DNA from: a virus
Taxonomy: Duplodnaviria; Caudoviricetes
Direction: 5' to 3' (one strand)
IMG/VR virus record: IMGVR_UViG_3300047292_000106
Location: 1-33,628 of that record
DNA: 33,628 nt
A program made the translations under genes and the position numbers. The notes below the pieces were generated by a model. The model did not search any database. It saw nothing but the letters and a program-made list of their open reading frames with translations, and was not told the origin of the DNA. Each line of letters starts with the position of its first letter. The stretch's first letter is position 1. Shown in pieces: positions 25,301 through 33,628 of this stretch.

Positions 25301-28076
25301 TAATTCGTGCTACGCTAAGTTCACCTAGTGTTTCAAATTGTTCTGGATTGTGATCTATACCTGGAATAGCAGTTAAATGATCTCCGACGATGTTGTTACC
25401 TTGGTGTTGTAGTTCAACAACGCCAGTGCCATTCAATGAAATAGTATACGCCGTTGAATCAATAGTGTATTCAACTGGTAAGCCATTTAATTTAATTTTT
25501 ACAAAGCGAGGATCATCTTTGAGTTCGATTAGTCGAGCAGTAAAGCTAATAAAGCCAACTGAAACTGTTAGCGTATCAATTGCTGTTGCTGGAACAACAA
25601 ATGAAACCGTACCGTCAACTACCGGAACATCAAATGCTTCAAAGCCTTGACCGCGTACTGTTGCTACAGTTTGCAATCCGTTGTGGTAGACTTTAAATGA
25701 GACAGTGCGGCCACGTGCGGCAACTGCCACTCCATCAACAACTGGTTTGAAGTTGTCGGTATGTAATACGGTTCCAACGCCATTAGCAATCTTAACTGCC
25801 CAGTTATATTCGGGCCACATTGAACTATCTAACTGAATAGTTGTAGGACCATTTATGCTTTGCGAGCGAAGTGCCCAGCTTTTTAATCTAAACCAAGCAC
25901 GGCGGTAGCCACTGCTTAACTCGTCGTTTGTTGTGCCGTTGGCAAATCTGCGGAACGAGTATGGGCCCAGAACTGGTTGTTGTGTACCGGTGCCATCAAT
26001 ATACAATGCTGTTGTCTGAAGAGTGTGCTCAAACAAGATGTTGTACATACTGTTGGCTGCAATGTTAGTATCAGTTAGCTGTGTAAATTGTGTTGGCAAG
26101 AAGTCGAGGCTGTAGCCAGACTCTGCGTCATAATGGGAGCCAGATTTAATTTTAACGATTGTACTGTTAACTACTGATGGCTTTGTTCTTGTGTTTGAAC
26201 TCAGCTTAACACCATCACGACTGTAAATTTCAAACACTGGTTGTTGGATTGCAGTAGTGCGGAATGTTGCTGGAACAGCAACACCATTCTTCCAGTGATA
26301 CTCTTTTAAGTAATGCGGATCAGCAGGCGAAGTTACGTTAATAACAACCGCATCACCATCGTTAGCCATTTCTTTTGAAACTCCAGTTGTTACTACACCA
26401 TCGTGCTTGATGTTTAAAATTGTGTTAACGTTTGAATCTTTAGTCAACCACAACATACGTAAAGCAGATAGCAATACGCCAGAAATTCTGTAAGTAATTG
26501 TCCAGTTAGCCGCAGGCGGATTCTTAATCCAAGTAATAGTATTCCCAGTTATTTTGTAAACTGCGTACTTTGGAATTCTATTGGCAGCGTTATCTCTATC
26601 AAGGTTAGCTAAAATTTTAATAAGCTCGTCTTGTGGGATTGAAGATGCGTTTAGTGCCAATTTAAAGTTAGCGCCAATTTGTGTTTGTACAATGATGTCG
26701 ACTTGTCTATCAAGTTTAGCCAACAATGCCATATATCTTGAGTTTAGTGCCGTTGTATTTTTATCTACTAAAGGCAAATTAATAAAGTCCGGAACACTAA
26801 TGTTTAATTCGTTAACCAAGAATGTAGGCCATGCACGATAGCGAGTACCGTGATTATATAATTCAAGGCTGTTTTCAAATTCAACAATAGGACGCATTGC
26901 CTGGCTATCGCTTTTTGCAATGTCACTGAATTCAATACCTAAGAAGTCAACTGCTGTTTGAATAGTAGACTTATGGAACCAGCAGTTTGTTCGGCTGTGT
27001 GCATTTCTATTTTTTGCGCCGGGTTCTTGTAAGATGTATTCCTTAGGGTTAATACCAGGAATGAAACCATCCCACTCAACTCGATCCCAAGGCACTGCCG
27101 ATTGATCCCATAGGGCATTTGATAATTTACTGTAAACTGTGTTTGTAAACTGCGATGATAGCCCTAGTAGCTGAATACCTTCTTCGGTGCCAACACCTGT
27201 TACTAGCCACGAACGCAATCTAAGTTCTTCATCGAGTGTGATGTAAAAGTTTGGTGCGTGGACATGTACTGCTTTTAGTGCAGGAACTTCAGTTAGCCAT
27301 ACAATATGGTTACCAGTGATATAATAGTCAACGCCTTGTGTTAATATAACACCGTCAACTGAAACACCAATTAAACCTCGATTGTAGTTGACAAATTCAT
27401 AGTCTAGGTGTAATTGATCAGTTCCATCTGTAACTAAGTCTAAGTCCAAATTACCACTGATATCAGTTAAACCTGGGCGTTGGTGAAATACCACACGCAT
27501 GCCATTTTTAAATTCCAAACTACGACCGTTTGGCTGTACAGGTGATGTGTAATATTTCTTACCAACAATGTCAGACTGTACATTTAAGTCAGTATTACCG
27601 CTGGTTAAAAACACCACTGGCATACGTTCTTCGATCCAATAGTAGTTTGCCCAGTTTAAAAACTTGTCTGGATCAATTGGCAAATCTAAAATACTAATTG
27701 GCTCTGCTGTTTCACGTGTTCTATCATTTAGATCCCATGCTGTTGCAATGTCGTCAGCTGTTAATACTGATGCGCCTGTATCCTTAAACAACACTAAACC
27801 TGTTTCTAGCTGTCTGCGGGCAGTAGGGTGTGGCAAATAATCTAAGCCGGTGAACTTTGTACGATTGCGGCCAACAGCATAGTTTAATGTTTCAATGGAA
27901 CTTGGTTGAAACAAGTCTTCCATTACTGCACTTAGAACTTTCTTGTTTGTTTCAGTTCTAAAAATCGTAGGTAGTAAGTCAGTTGTCTTAGGTGAAACGC
28001 CTGTGTTCAAATCTTGGCCCGGATACGTTTTGCTGTATGGGTTTTCAGGATTTAACTTTTTTGGATCTTTTGCCAT
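19374..28076 (-). CDS. Very large baseplate wedge-like structural protein (2900 aa)
   Basis: Uninterrupted 8.7-kb ORF directly after gp6; N-terminal DLLPTIFRTETNKKVL and C-terminal YIDEVKPFHSKI; embedded small beta modules. Confidence 0.75.
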   Translation of the reverse strand: MAKDPKKLNPENPYSKTYPGQDLNTGVSPKTTDLLPTIFRTETNKKVLSAVMEDLFQPSSIETLNYAVGRNRTKFTGLDYLPHPTARRQLETGLVLFKDTGASVLTADDIATAWDLNDRTRETAEPISILDLPIDPDKFLNWANYYWIEERMPVVFLTSGNTDLNVQSDIVGKKYYTSPVQPNGRSLEFKNGMRVVFHQRPGLTDISGNLDLDLVTDGTDQLHLDYEFVNYNRGLIGVSVDGVILTQGVDYYITGNHIVWLTEVPALKAVHVHAPNFYITLDEELRLRSWLVTGVGTEEGIQLLGLSSQFTNTVYSKLSNALWDQSAVPWDRVEWDGFIPGINPKEYILQEPGAKNRNAHSRTNCWFHKSTIQTAVDFLGIEFSDIAKSDSQAMRPIVEFENSLELYNHGTRYRAWPTFLVNELNISVPDFINLPLVDKNTTALNSRYMALLAKLDRQVDIIVQTQIGANFKLALNASSIPQDELIKILANLDRDNAANRIPKYAVYKITGNTITWIKNPPAANWTITYRISGVLLSALRMLWLTKDSNVNTILNIKHDGVVTTGVSKEMANDGDAVVINVTSPADPHYLKEYHWKNGVAVPATFRTTAIQQPVFEIYSRDGVKLSSNTRTKPSVVNSTIVKIKSGSHYDAESGYSLDFLPTQFTQLTDTNIAANSMYNILFEHTLQTTALYIDGTGTQQPVLGPYSFRRFANGTTNDELSSGYRRAWFRLKSWALRSQSINGPTTIQLDSSMWPEYNWAVKIANGVGTVLHTDNFKPVVDGVAVAARGRTVSFKVYHNGLQTVATVRGQGFEAFDVPVVDGTVSFVVPATAIDTLTVSVGFISFTARLIELKDDPRFVKIKLNGLPVEYTIDSTAYTISLNGTGVVELQHQGNNIVGDHLTAIPGIDHNPEQFETLGELSVARIIKGLSKNIAINTAGKREWIDSPKFKTLDGIYMADNSAMRSSWANFALQPGLQDVVVARSMSAWRWYRKFITKLEESNITFDISTYGVSNATDRILSEMLLGVNYSSVDAISGMAFVRDGMQLNTVTANGGNTFAIGSSTLFKLPYAADHVYVYVNDNLQLRGVDYTISGQQVVFNTVPALDSVIEIYFAEQTEVYSGIPASPAKLGLGGLYIPGLVSETWGNNSKTFIQRHDGSRISAYINPESGEVSADDPLNTIILELEKRIYNACINTVGEANRQYAFRNYDNQQITESQARSQLEWYSINGIDYRSRSDFDANDAWTWNYGGASWRKLYLDFYGTYRLHDAPWEALGYNIKPNWWDTHYSWTDATKRTALELALYFGILNEPGAAAYTDPNFAHPHATYPVDAYGNLLSPFDAGIASPTVDEAQQPWEIGSMGPAETAWRRSITGTWSNVLHAIDRYDLVNEFFDSSINPFIQTVHNNSTAPKGTGSIAPDQFLYTRPLMGIGAVLFEGYREFNLLGESPLEDLLAISTKLEFSVGGFTDGVITLKMPYSKFQDNEYVPDNDFGLTLSRGVPKEQLRYTSVRVEKDDVGFRVYGFDPKHRFFKVLTPTANALSNSYPTTRRQLATNYGIFTEYLSWNTTPVMVPYGSYVANKQDLITLLMGLGEYQQQQGLILDSINSRGTITDWKQVAIDAIAWSEEQWGEEHFCVVGVATSDGLKIQHSMGALSRLDADLGRTGKILYANGSSASSAELLITRDFEPGIDKITPLTENQIVFVNFETQLYDHVFFISNKTKFGDLIADLQTDNRLQDLTISGRRTYNWTGRPSAHGILPQQYSSLPGFDTLVNDIVASHMPERVAFDTIKTDIARSNVVPSKKSVIADVVQDSSSAYLYRQGLQSAVGTNLAINALFRNRNIDIPGNEQDVGVNEQWMFSTGEFGNLSNKKIWEIELRKKDLTSNRQIVRFRDDALGVSDIRSDNIIDIVGKADPRWVSRPSDYLFKTINRDAIDKNFSKSQNWLPSAGLADVVETDIEIMRLSDLTFDKLVNVERSELLFKTPSFSRYVDYNPGDYVWHQGELYSAEFRIVGSAVSAFNADHWNKVPVTGTMLPSIWISDYIFTAPQGYGWNVLQAFAPAYIEEICPNAINTGLNESKASFASPHRLTKGDSFIISGTNDGNYDGVHQVKEVVDDYNVLIQARSTSNEVVYNAVGFKLSSVKFTTDEEFLASTLSFSAGMTAYVDYGDIEGSYKIYTFTGNGQASSQQYNTENYSNTMIDSGSIYQVQLFDYNTENLIQTLEVFDPYKGLTIDDVAQYIDFKQLPDPASYNVSELGVIDGYNSSPWGAEQVGKLWWDLDKVRYIEYEQSGNLQYRANHWGERFADSEVAIYEWVASYELPTPDIAPNAYLDTSGNAEGQIRYSEVVTTDPESGAVLTTYYYWMRAPLVVPAGGSRTYSAAAIESVLNNPDANGVAWLAPIDTNAFIISNISGLFGNRDKIVLRIEQNLNPEQVHSNSVLVTENVDVIDDFLYQRLSSSIVGRDNYREAYKLNEYTVGTKYFKGDYLYIKNNGVDITTSTYSGSDYPILQNLDDTRYDINTVRRATSADHKIYVAINDFVASSLARDIKKRVIIKSAAGALIKDPYENTEGYYAVVNTRRKVPDTSLHPLRRYGNAYAPRPQSWFKDVIAARRTLITAANDYLLNIDTVSKPDWDRYLIKYQPLNGSYEKDLTQYWYYTDYIVSGYTVGNEQVQIRSENIGSLDSTVTNFGIVDAYGNIIEAYTKSGNNLTLMYRKNGTIQFSNAIWDGSLNDAWDKLPWDRTYWDEDISEVVESILRALRKNIFVGEDINYFNKLFFALVKESLSQISNADWIVKTTYLDVFQTSERELEKVGTYYNKKDKLIIKYIDEVKPFHSKIVEANKLNNAQQDIAVSIGESITLTWTTISALTDEDGNIIKTEDGRNLAPIADVTVQDLQEE

Positions 28077-28088
28077 TACTTTGCCTTA

Positions 28089-31000
28089 TTAATTTGAAAC
28101 AACTTCAACGTCATTTACCGTTGCGCTACTGATAAAAATTTCATTATCTTCACATGGAATTTGGAACAAGTCATTACTTGTAATCTGATTGCTCTTTGGG
28201 ACCAACACAATGCTACTGATAATTCCGCCCAACGACTTATGTATCCAAGCAGCCATGTCAGTAAAATAAAACGTTTCGCCAAAGTCCCAATTATCAACAG
28301 CAAAGTATTGATTTATTGCTGTAATAACACGACTACGAATTTCAGCATCGCTTACTCGTGTAGTATCGCTTTTGGTAATACGAATCTTGACTTGATTTCT
28401 AATGTCAGCGTTTTTACCAAAGATAACTTTGTAATTAACAGGATGGAAGATGATACTGTCACTAATACTCTTATAAGGAACGATAGAGCTCATTAACTTT
28501 TCTAGACCATATGAAGTCAATGGCAGCGGCTTTGTAGATTCGAATCCGCCAGCATTAACCCAAGCACGATAAGCATCATTATAGTTTGATGTTAGTACAT
28601 ACATGTCAACAATGTTTGTAGTTGACGCATCAACTCTGTTATCACGCAACGGAACGTGAGTACTTTGTACTTTTAAATCTTTTCTGCCAGGTAATAGCAC
28701 ACCACCAGACACGCTTGGTTTTAATGTGTATTGGCCTTTAGTATCAACAAACGGTACACGTTCAAATCGAACGTTGCCAGTGATAAGTTTGCTAATTACT
28801 TCTGGATCATTTGGCGCTAAGTTTTCATTTAATCCAGGTAGCAATAGCATTACACGAGTTGAATCAAAACGACCATCATCTAACTTAAAGTAATCGTTAA
28901 CGTCAAGTAATAGCTCCGAGCTTAATCCATTTTGTGTTAGGAACTTGATAGTATCTTTAAGCACACGCTTCGACGACGAGTCAATTGATTGACCAAAACG
29001 TTGGTTATGGAATGTCAACTGATCAACACTGCCAAACACTGTTTGATCGTTGCGTGTAAACAATGTCCAGGCGCCAGTAGTTGTATCATAATCTAAACGT
29101 ACTAGCCAGCTTGATCCTGAATTTGAATTTAGTTCTGTTGGCGGGACAAGATCGCCTGTTGTTACAACTGCATCTACTGGAATAATTTTCCAACGATCTG
29201 GTTGTGTTGATGTGTTTACATACTTTAAACCAAAGCTACGTGCCGCACGAATTTCCGCAAGAATCTCACGTTGCTCAGTTGGAGTAAAAATTGTTCGCAA
29301 TGCTGGGAACCAAGCTTCAACGTTTGTCGATCCTAAAATAGAATTTAAAAATACAGCGCCTTGTCCATTGGCACGTAGGCCAGTGTTGCTGCCATCATTG
29401 TTGCTTACGCCAAGACCTTCGCGATATACATCTAGTACACGGCTCCACTTGCCGCCAGTGGTTTTTACCAAGCTATTCTTGCCAATAGTTCTATACTTGA
29501 TGTCTGGGTTTCCTCGACCAATGCGTAAAGGTCCTGTACTGTCGCTTATCGCAAAGTGGCCAGTGGTAGTTGCGTTACCAGAACTTACTGTTACCCACTT
29601 AATGTTAATGCCAGAGTTTGGTGTAACAGGTGTGTACTTTTTGTAGTATAACTGGTGCAAATGTCTGTTCAACAAGCCATTTTCAATCCAAGATAAAACT
29701 TCTTGTGGACCCGATAGCGAATCTTTTGTAGTAGATGTAACTACTTCAGTTTCGTAGATATAGCCGTCATCAGCAAATGTAATAACAGGACGATATGTAC
29801 CAGTTGGGTCAGACAAGTCTGCGTACACGCTTTGGCCAGCATGTGTTCTGTTTACAGCTTTAATTTTGTCAACGCCGCTTACTTTACCTTCTGGATAGAT
29901 ATTGTAGTCAGAGGCAGTGATCATACGGTCTTGACTTGCGCTGGTACGGCTTGCACGATTTTTAATTTGTTCTAGTGTTTCGCCAGCAGTACTTGAGACC
30001 GGGTTTGATAATTCTAATGTAATTGTTAAATCTTGTTCGGTTGATGTACCATCAACAAAACGCAACGACATTTCTAAACCTGCTACATCATTAGGAGAGA
30101 TTGACAATGTTTCATTTGCGCTTTCACGATACCATACACGAATGTTGCCTGTTGGAATGTCAGCAAAAATATCGTCACCAAATTTTAGAGATACCGAATC
30201 GTTTTCGCGAGTAATAACTTCATATACTTTTCGTACGTCCTTTGCTACTGCATTGAATACAATGTTCTTATTGCTTGTGTTAGGAACAGGAGTCCATTGT
30301 TCTAAAATCTGTCCTTGCGAATTAACACTTTGCACCCAGATGTCAGTTTCGTTGATGTTACTACCTTGTAAATCAATAACACGATTTTCGACACGAGTGT
30401 CTAAGATAAAGTCTTCAAACTTTAATGTTCCTTGCTTGAACATAAAGAACCAGCCGTTGCTACCAGAGCCATAACCCGAACCGTCATTGTTAAACAATAT
30501 AGTTTGACGGCCGTATGGGTTTGGTGTGTTTTCTTTGGCAAGCTCTGTGTTTATGTCAATTGTTACTGGCACTAACTCACAGGGATAGCTGTTGTTGTTT
30601 CGTGCTGTCAATGAAAATGCTTCGACCATTGTTCGTGTGTCGGGCTGGTCAAGTTCATAAATTTGTCTTGTTGTGCCGTTAGAAGAAATAGAACTAACTG
30701 GACGACCAATAGGATTAGACTTGTTTAATGCTTGATTTAAGATCAACGAAAATTGTTCGTTAAAGTCTAAGTTTAGAGGGTCAGCCCACACAATAGTTTT
30801 GCCGGCTAAGTTTGTGCCCTTGCTGTCATATATTTCTTGTGTTGTTGTAACCGATGTTATCTTTAAGAAGCCGTTAGCAGAACCGTTACGAAACGGCTTG
30901 TAGCCAAGCTGGCGAGCAATGCTTAATACATTGCCGCGAACTTCTGCTGTTTCTAAAAATGTTTCACGAAGATTTAAATCTGCACGGAAGGACAGGTTCT

Positions 31001-31217
31001 GCCCCATAAATGCCATTAAGTCAACTAGCGCAACATATTCGCTAGAGTTAATAAAGTCATTGAAATCTTCAGGATAGTTCAGCTGAATGTGATCTAGCAA
31101 AGCAGTGCGTAGACTTTCAAAATCGTATGCCTTGAAGTCTGCGTTTACTAGATAACGATAATTATTAAGCCAACTTTCAGCGGCGTTTAACTGTCCTAGG
31201 CGTCGTGTCTGGCTCAT
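28089..31217 (-). CDS. Baseplate wedge subunit, T4 gp6 / baseplate J-like (1042 aa)
   Basis: DFESLR..L, D...RETFLETAE.R.NVLSIARQLGYKP, LKFGDDIFADIP, ETLEQIKNRA..SQDRMITASDY. Confidence 0.9.
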   Translation of the reverse strand: MSQTRRLGQLNAAESWLNNYRYLVNADFKAYDFESLRTALLDHIQLNYPEDFNDFINSSEYVALVDLMAFMGQNLSFRADLNLRETFLETAEVRGNVLSIARQLGYKPFRNGSANGFLKITSVTTTQEIYDSKGTNLAGKTIVWADPLNLDFNEQFSLILNQALNKSNPIGRPVSSISSNGTTRQIYELDQPDTRTMVEAFSLTARNNNSYPCELVPVTIDINTELAKENTPNPYGRQTILFNNDGSGYGSGSNGWFFMFKQGTLKFEDFILDTRVENRVIDLQGSNINETDIWVQSVNSQGQILEQWTPVPNTSNKNIVFNAVAKDVRKVYEVITRENDSVSLKFGDDIFADIPTGNIRVWYRESANETLSISPNDVAGLEMSLRFVDGTSTEQDLTITLELSNPVSSTAGETLEQIKNRASRTSASQDRMITASDYNIYPEGKVSGVDKIKAVNRTHAGQSVYADLSDPTGTYRPVITFADDGYIYETEVVTSTTKDSLSGPQEVLSWIENGLLNRHLHQLYYKKYTPVTPNSGINIKWVTVSSGNATTTGHFAISDSTGPLRIGRGNPDIKYRTIGKNSLVKTTGGKWSRVLDVYREGLGVSNNDGSNTGLRANGQGAVFLNSILGSTNVEAWFPALRTIFTPTEQREILAEIRAARSFGLKYVNTSTQPDRWKIIPVDAVVTTGDLVPPTELNSNSGSSWLVRLDYDTTTGAWTLFTRNDQTVFGSVDQLTFHNQRFGQSIDSSSKRVLKDTIKFLTQNGLSSELLLDVNDYFKLDDGRFDSTRVMLLLPGLNENLAPNDPEVISKLITGNVRFERVPFVDTKGQYTLKPSVSGGVLLPGRKDLKVQSTHVPLRDNRVDASTTNIVDMYVLTSNYNDAYRAWVNAGGFESTKPLPLTSYGLEKLMSSIVPYKSISDSIIFHPVNYKVIFGKNADIRNQVKIRITKSDTTRVSDAEIRSRVITAINQYFAVDNWDFGETFYFTDMAAWIHKSLGGIISSIVLVPKSNQITSNDLFQIPCEDNEIFISSATVNDVEVVSN

Positions 31218-31594
31218 AATGTGTTCGTTCCTTTATCGTATACCAATGGTAGTACTACTGTTTCATCTGATGGCAAATATGTCACTTTAACTTCAATGTT
31301 AAGCGCATTTGGCCCTTCGCTAATATCCACACTTTGCAAAAACCAACGTGGATCTGATTTGATAATCGAACGCACATCAGCATCGATTAAATTGATAGTG
31401 TAATCGTCTAATGGCTCGAAAAGCATATCCCATACAATGCTGCCAAATTCTGGCATCATAATACGCTCGCCTTTGCGAGTATTAAAGTGGTTTAGTAAGT
31501 CTTGTTTCGCAAGGGCAAGATCGTACAGGACTGGATTTAAAAAACTAGTCCCGATTGAGCTGTACCCGCGGAATTTTGAAGTGTAACTTGGCAT
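31214..31594 (-). CDS. Baseplate wedge protein gp25/GpW-like (start moved to ATG 31594)
   Basis: LAKQDLLNHFNTRKGERIMMPEFGSIVWDMLFEP..DPRW; ATG follows TAAATA-N5. Confidence 0.92.
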   Translation of the reverse strand: MPSYTSKFRGYSSIGTSFLNPVLYDLALAKQDLLNHFNTRKGERIMMPEFGSIVWDMLFEPLDDYTINLIDADVRSIIKSDPRWFLQSVDISEGPNALNIEVKVTYLPSDETVVLPLVYDKGTNTL

Positions 31595-31599
31595 ACACC

Positions 31600-31605
31600 T
31601 ATTTA
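31600..31605 (-). promoter_or_regulatory. Putative late promoter TAAATA, 5 nt before ATG
   Basis: TAAATA-GGTGT-ATG(31594). Confidence 0.72.
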
Positions 31606-31632
31606 CCAAGTTTTATTAAGCAGGGTTTTATT

Positions 31633-33627
31633 TTAAGTAGCAGATGGAGCACTTGGAGGATTATTACCTCCAGTATGCGGAGGACCATACTTGTCACGTA
31701 GTTGTTCAACAGTTAAGTTGCTACCATACGGCACATTTCCAGTGTTTAGATAGTAACTTCTTTCCCATTGAGCCAAGTGTTGCGGAGTTGGTTTTCCGTA
31801 AGTATTTTCAACTTTAGTTCCAGTTTGTCCGCCATTACCATAAGGGGTGCGCCAACCTGCTGTGTCAGGGAGTTGAACTTTGTTGTTCTTTAAACGTGAC
31901 AAATCTCGCTTAATACCTTCTGCTTGCAATTGCTCTGGTTCCATTACTCGTGTATCAGAATTTGGCTTGCCAGTCATTGCATATTTTGCATCACTGTTGC
32001 GAACTTTGCTACTGTTATTATAGGGAGAGTTAGCCCAAATTTTGGCAATATCTTCGTTTGTAGGCTTTCCATCTGCTGTGGCTGCGGCAGCTTGAACCAA
32101 CGCCTGTGCCATTTTATCTGCACTTGCTGGACTGCTGTACGAAGCCATAATCAATGCATCAATTTGCGACTGTGTAATACAAATTGGCTTGCCTGCTCCG
32201 CTTTTTGCCTTTTCAAGTGCTCGCATAATTCGTGGTGTGTTTTCACGATCAATAATTTGACGGCTGGCTAAACGTGCTTCTGGTTCGCTTGGGCCAGCTA
32301 GTAATGCCTTCTTTAAGTTTTCGTCAATCTTGCCGCCGCCGCCGGGACCAAAAATATCTAAGCGGATACCATATCCAATACTATAACCTTGATAGTCACT
32401 ATACATGATACCACAATATGCTTCACGGCTTTTTAAAATCTTAAATCCTTCATCGCTTAGTTTGCTTTGTGTTACTTCAGGTACGCAGGCAATCGCATCT
32501 GTATCTTCTGGTGCCGGTTTGTCTTCATAGCTTTCTGGAGCCGGTGTAATAACAGGATCGTCAATGGGCGCAGAGCCTTGTACTACTGTAGGCTGCTCGC
32601 CTCCCTTACTAACGTGGCCGCCATATGGTTCAGCTTCGGGCACACGACCTGCAACACTTTTACCAACTGACGAGTTTGTTACTAAACTGTTTGGCGTAGG
32701 CAATGTTGCACGTTCTGCAGGAGGACCATTTAAGTCAATACGCTGGCCGGTCATTTTAAACTGGCTGTCAGCAAGAATGTTCATGTTCTGGCTTGTGCTT
32801 AACTTCATCCCAGTAGTACCAGTGGCATTGAATACTTCACATGCTTCTAGGTTCCAATTCTTTGCCGCAACTGCATTTAAGTTTGCGCCTGCATCTATGT
32901 TAATGTTATTGCCAGCACGAAGGTTAATACTATCTTCAGCGTTGACACTAAAAGAACCGCCAGCATAAACGTCAACGTTGCCTTCCTTGTCAAGTTGCAT
33001 CCAGGCATTGCCTGTTGCGTTGATAAAGTAAATGAAGCCTTCGTCGTTGTCCATGATAAACGTATTGCCTGATGCAGTACGCAATCTAATTTGACCGTTC
33101 TTAAATTCCTCGCCGTCATCCATTACAAACTGGTGCTGTCCAGGCGTCAAAACGCCATAGGCTAATCCTGTGTGTTTTTCTTTATTTCTAAATGGGCCAG
33201 CGTTAATATGGCCACGACGTTTGTCTTTTTCTAAACCTTGACGCTTGATAACGTTATTAAGAGGATGCTTAGGTCTGCGTTCTACGTCTGGATCAGATGT
33301 GTTAAAGCGATTACGTTCAGCCAGTGGTGCTGTTTCACCATCGTGCGTTGTTCCTGATGCTACTGCTGGTAATGCGTGAGTGTGGCCATCGTGCGGCAAG
33401 CATGCCCACCAAATGCCTTGGTTTAATTCTCCGTTGATAAAGCTACAAATAACTTGTACATTTTTATCTGGTGGTACCATCCATACGCCATAGCTTTGAT
33501 TTGTTTGAGCATACTTGGTTGCGTCTTTGGCCTGTGATTCGCCTTTGGTATCCGTTGCGCCAGCAAATGGAGGACAATAGCGAACAGTAAACCAACCTTG
33601 TTTATTCGACTCGGACGCTGAGCTTAG
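31633..33627 (-). CDS. gp5/VgrG-like baseplate spike: OB-fold, beta-helix, C-terminal GH24 lysozyme-like domain (5' partial)
   Basis: Frame stays open beyond 33480 to the window edge (..WFTVRYCPPFAG..SYGVWMVPPD); TPGQHQFVMDD, IRLRTASG, 8-residue beta-helix repeats ending IDLN; SDEGFKILKSRE..YSD..YSIGYG. Confidence 0.88.
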   Translation of the reverse strand, partial: LSSASESNKQGWFTVRYCPPFAGATDTKGESQAKDATKYAQTNQSYGVWMVPPDKNVQVICSFINGELNQGIWWACLPHDGHTHALPAVASGTTHDGETAPLAERNRFNTSDPDVERRPKHPLNNVIKRQGLEKDKRRGHINAGPFRNKEKHTGLAYGVLTPGQHQFVMDDGEEFKNGQIRLRTASGNTFIMDNDEGFIYFINATGNAWMQLDKEGNVDVYAGGSFSVNAEDSINLRAGNNINIDAGANLNAVAAKNWNLEACEVFNATGTTGMKLSTSQNMNILADSQFKMTGQRIDLNGPPAERATLPTPNSLVTNSSVGKSVAGRVPEAEPYGGHVSKGGEQPTVVQGSAPIDDPVITPAPESYEDKPAPEDTDAIACVPEVTQSKLSDEGFKILKSREAYCGIMYSDYQGYSIGYGIRLDIFGPGGGGKIDENLKKALLAGPSEPEARLASRQIIDRENTPRIMRALEKAKSGAGKPICITQSQIDALIMASYSSPASADKMAQALVQAAAATADGKPTNEDIAKIWANSPYNNSSKVRNSDAKYAMTGKPNSDTRVMEPEQLQAEGIKRDLSRLKNNKVQLPDTAGWRTPYGNGGQTGTKVENTYGKPTPQHLAQWERSYYLNTGNVPYGSNLTVEQLRDKYGPPHTGGNNPPSAPSAT

Positions 33628-33628
33628 T

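Larger units (their letters stand above)
1..33628. mobile_element. Fragment of a large myovirus (probably jumbo phage) genome: baseplate/tail module plus adjacent enzyme block
   Basis: gp5/gp25/gp6-like baseplate genes, thyX, near-complete coding density with 1-22 bp overlaps, T4-late-like promoter hexamers, no clearly cellular housekeeping genes. Confidence 0.93.

Noticed and set aside
15500-33119. Many 60-145 aa plus-strand or off-frame ORFs within structural genes
   Set aside because: Fully nested in well-supported genes, with no RBS or motifs; typical antisense shadows
57-33627. No called gene ends in TAG (possible amber recoding)
   Set aside because: Long genes are intact in the standard code with no in-frame TAG, and TAG is often rare in AT-rich phages

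Overview
The whole window is a gene-dense fragment of a large contractile-tailed (myovirus, probably jumbo) phage genome read in the standard code. The right half (15083-33628, minus strand) is a baseplate/tail operon: a 5'-truncated gp5-like spike with a C-terminal lysozyme-like domain, gp25, gp6, a 2900-aa wedge-like protein, a 208-aa structural protein, a small fibre with an autocleaving chaperone, and an 838-aa chimera of an S53 (sedolisin) protease, surface modules and a virion domain carrying 16 tandem Gly-Gly-Tyr units. Directly downstream (353-15021) is a block of about 15 tailoring-type enzymes: five glycosyltransferase-like proteins, a methyltransferase-like protein, two 2OG-Fe(II) oxygenases, two PP-loop asparagine-synthetase-like ligases, two GNAT-like proteins, two membrane di-iron desaturase/hydroxylases and a degenerate ATP-grasp, plus thyX. 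Every intergenic gap of 15 bp or more holds a T4-late-like TA(A/C)(A/G)TA hexamer. Five of these lie exactly 5 nt before an ATG (predicted leaderless mRNAs), and one sits in the loop of a 61-nt hairpin that masks the next ribosome-binding site. My leading hypothesis is a late-expressed virion protein modification pathway, with the (GGY)16 tail protein as a candidate substrate. All family assignments come from motifs read by eye; no database search was run.
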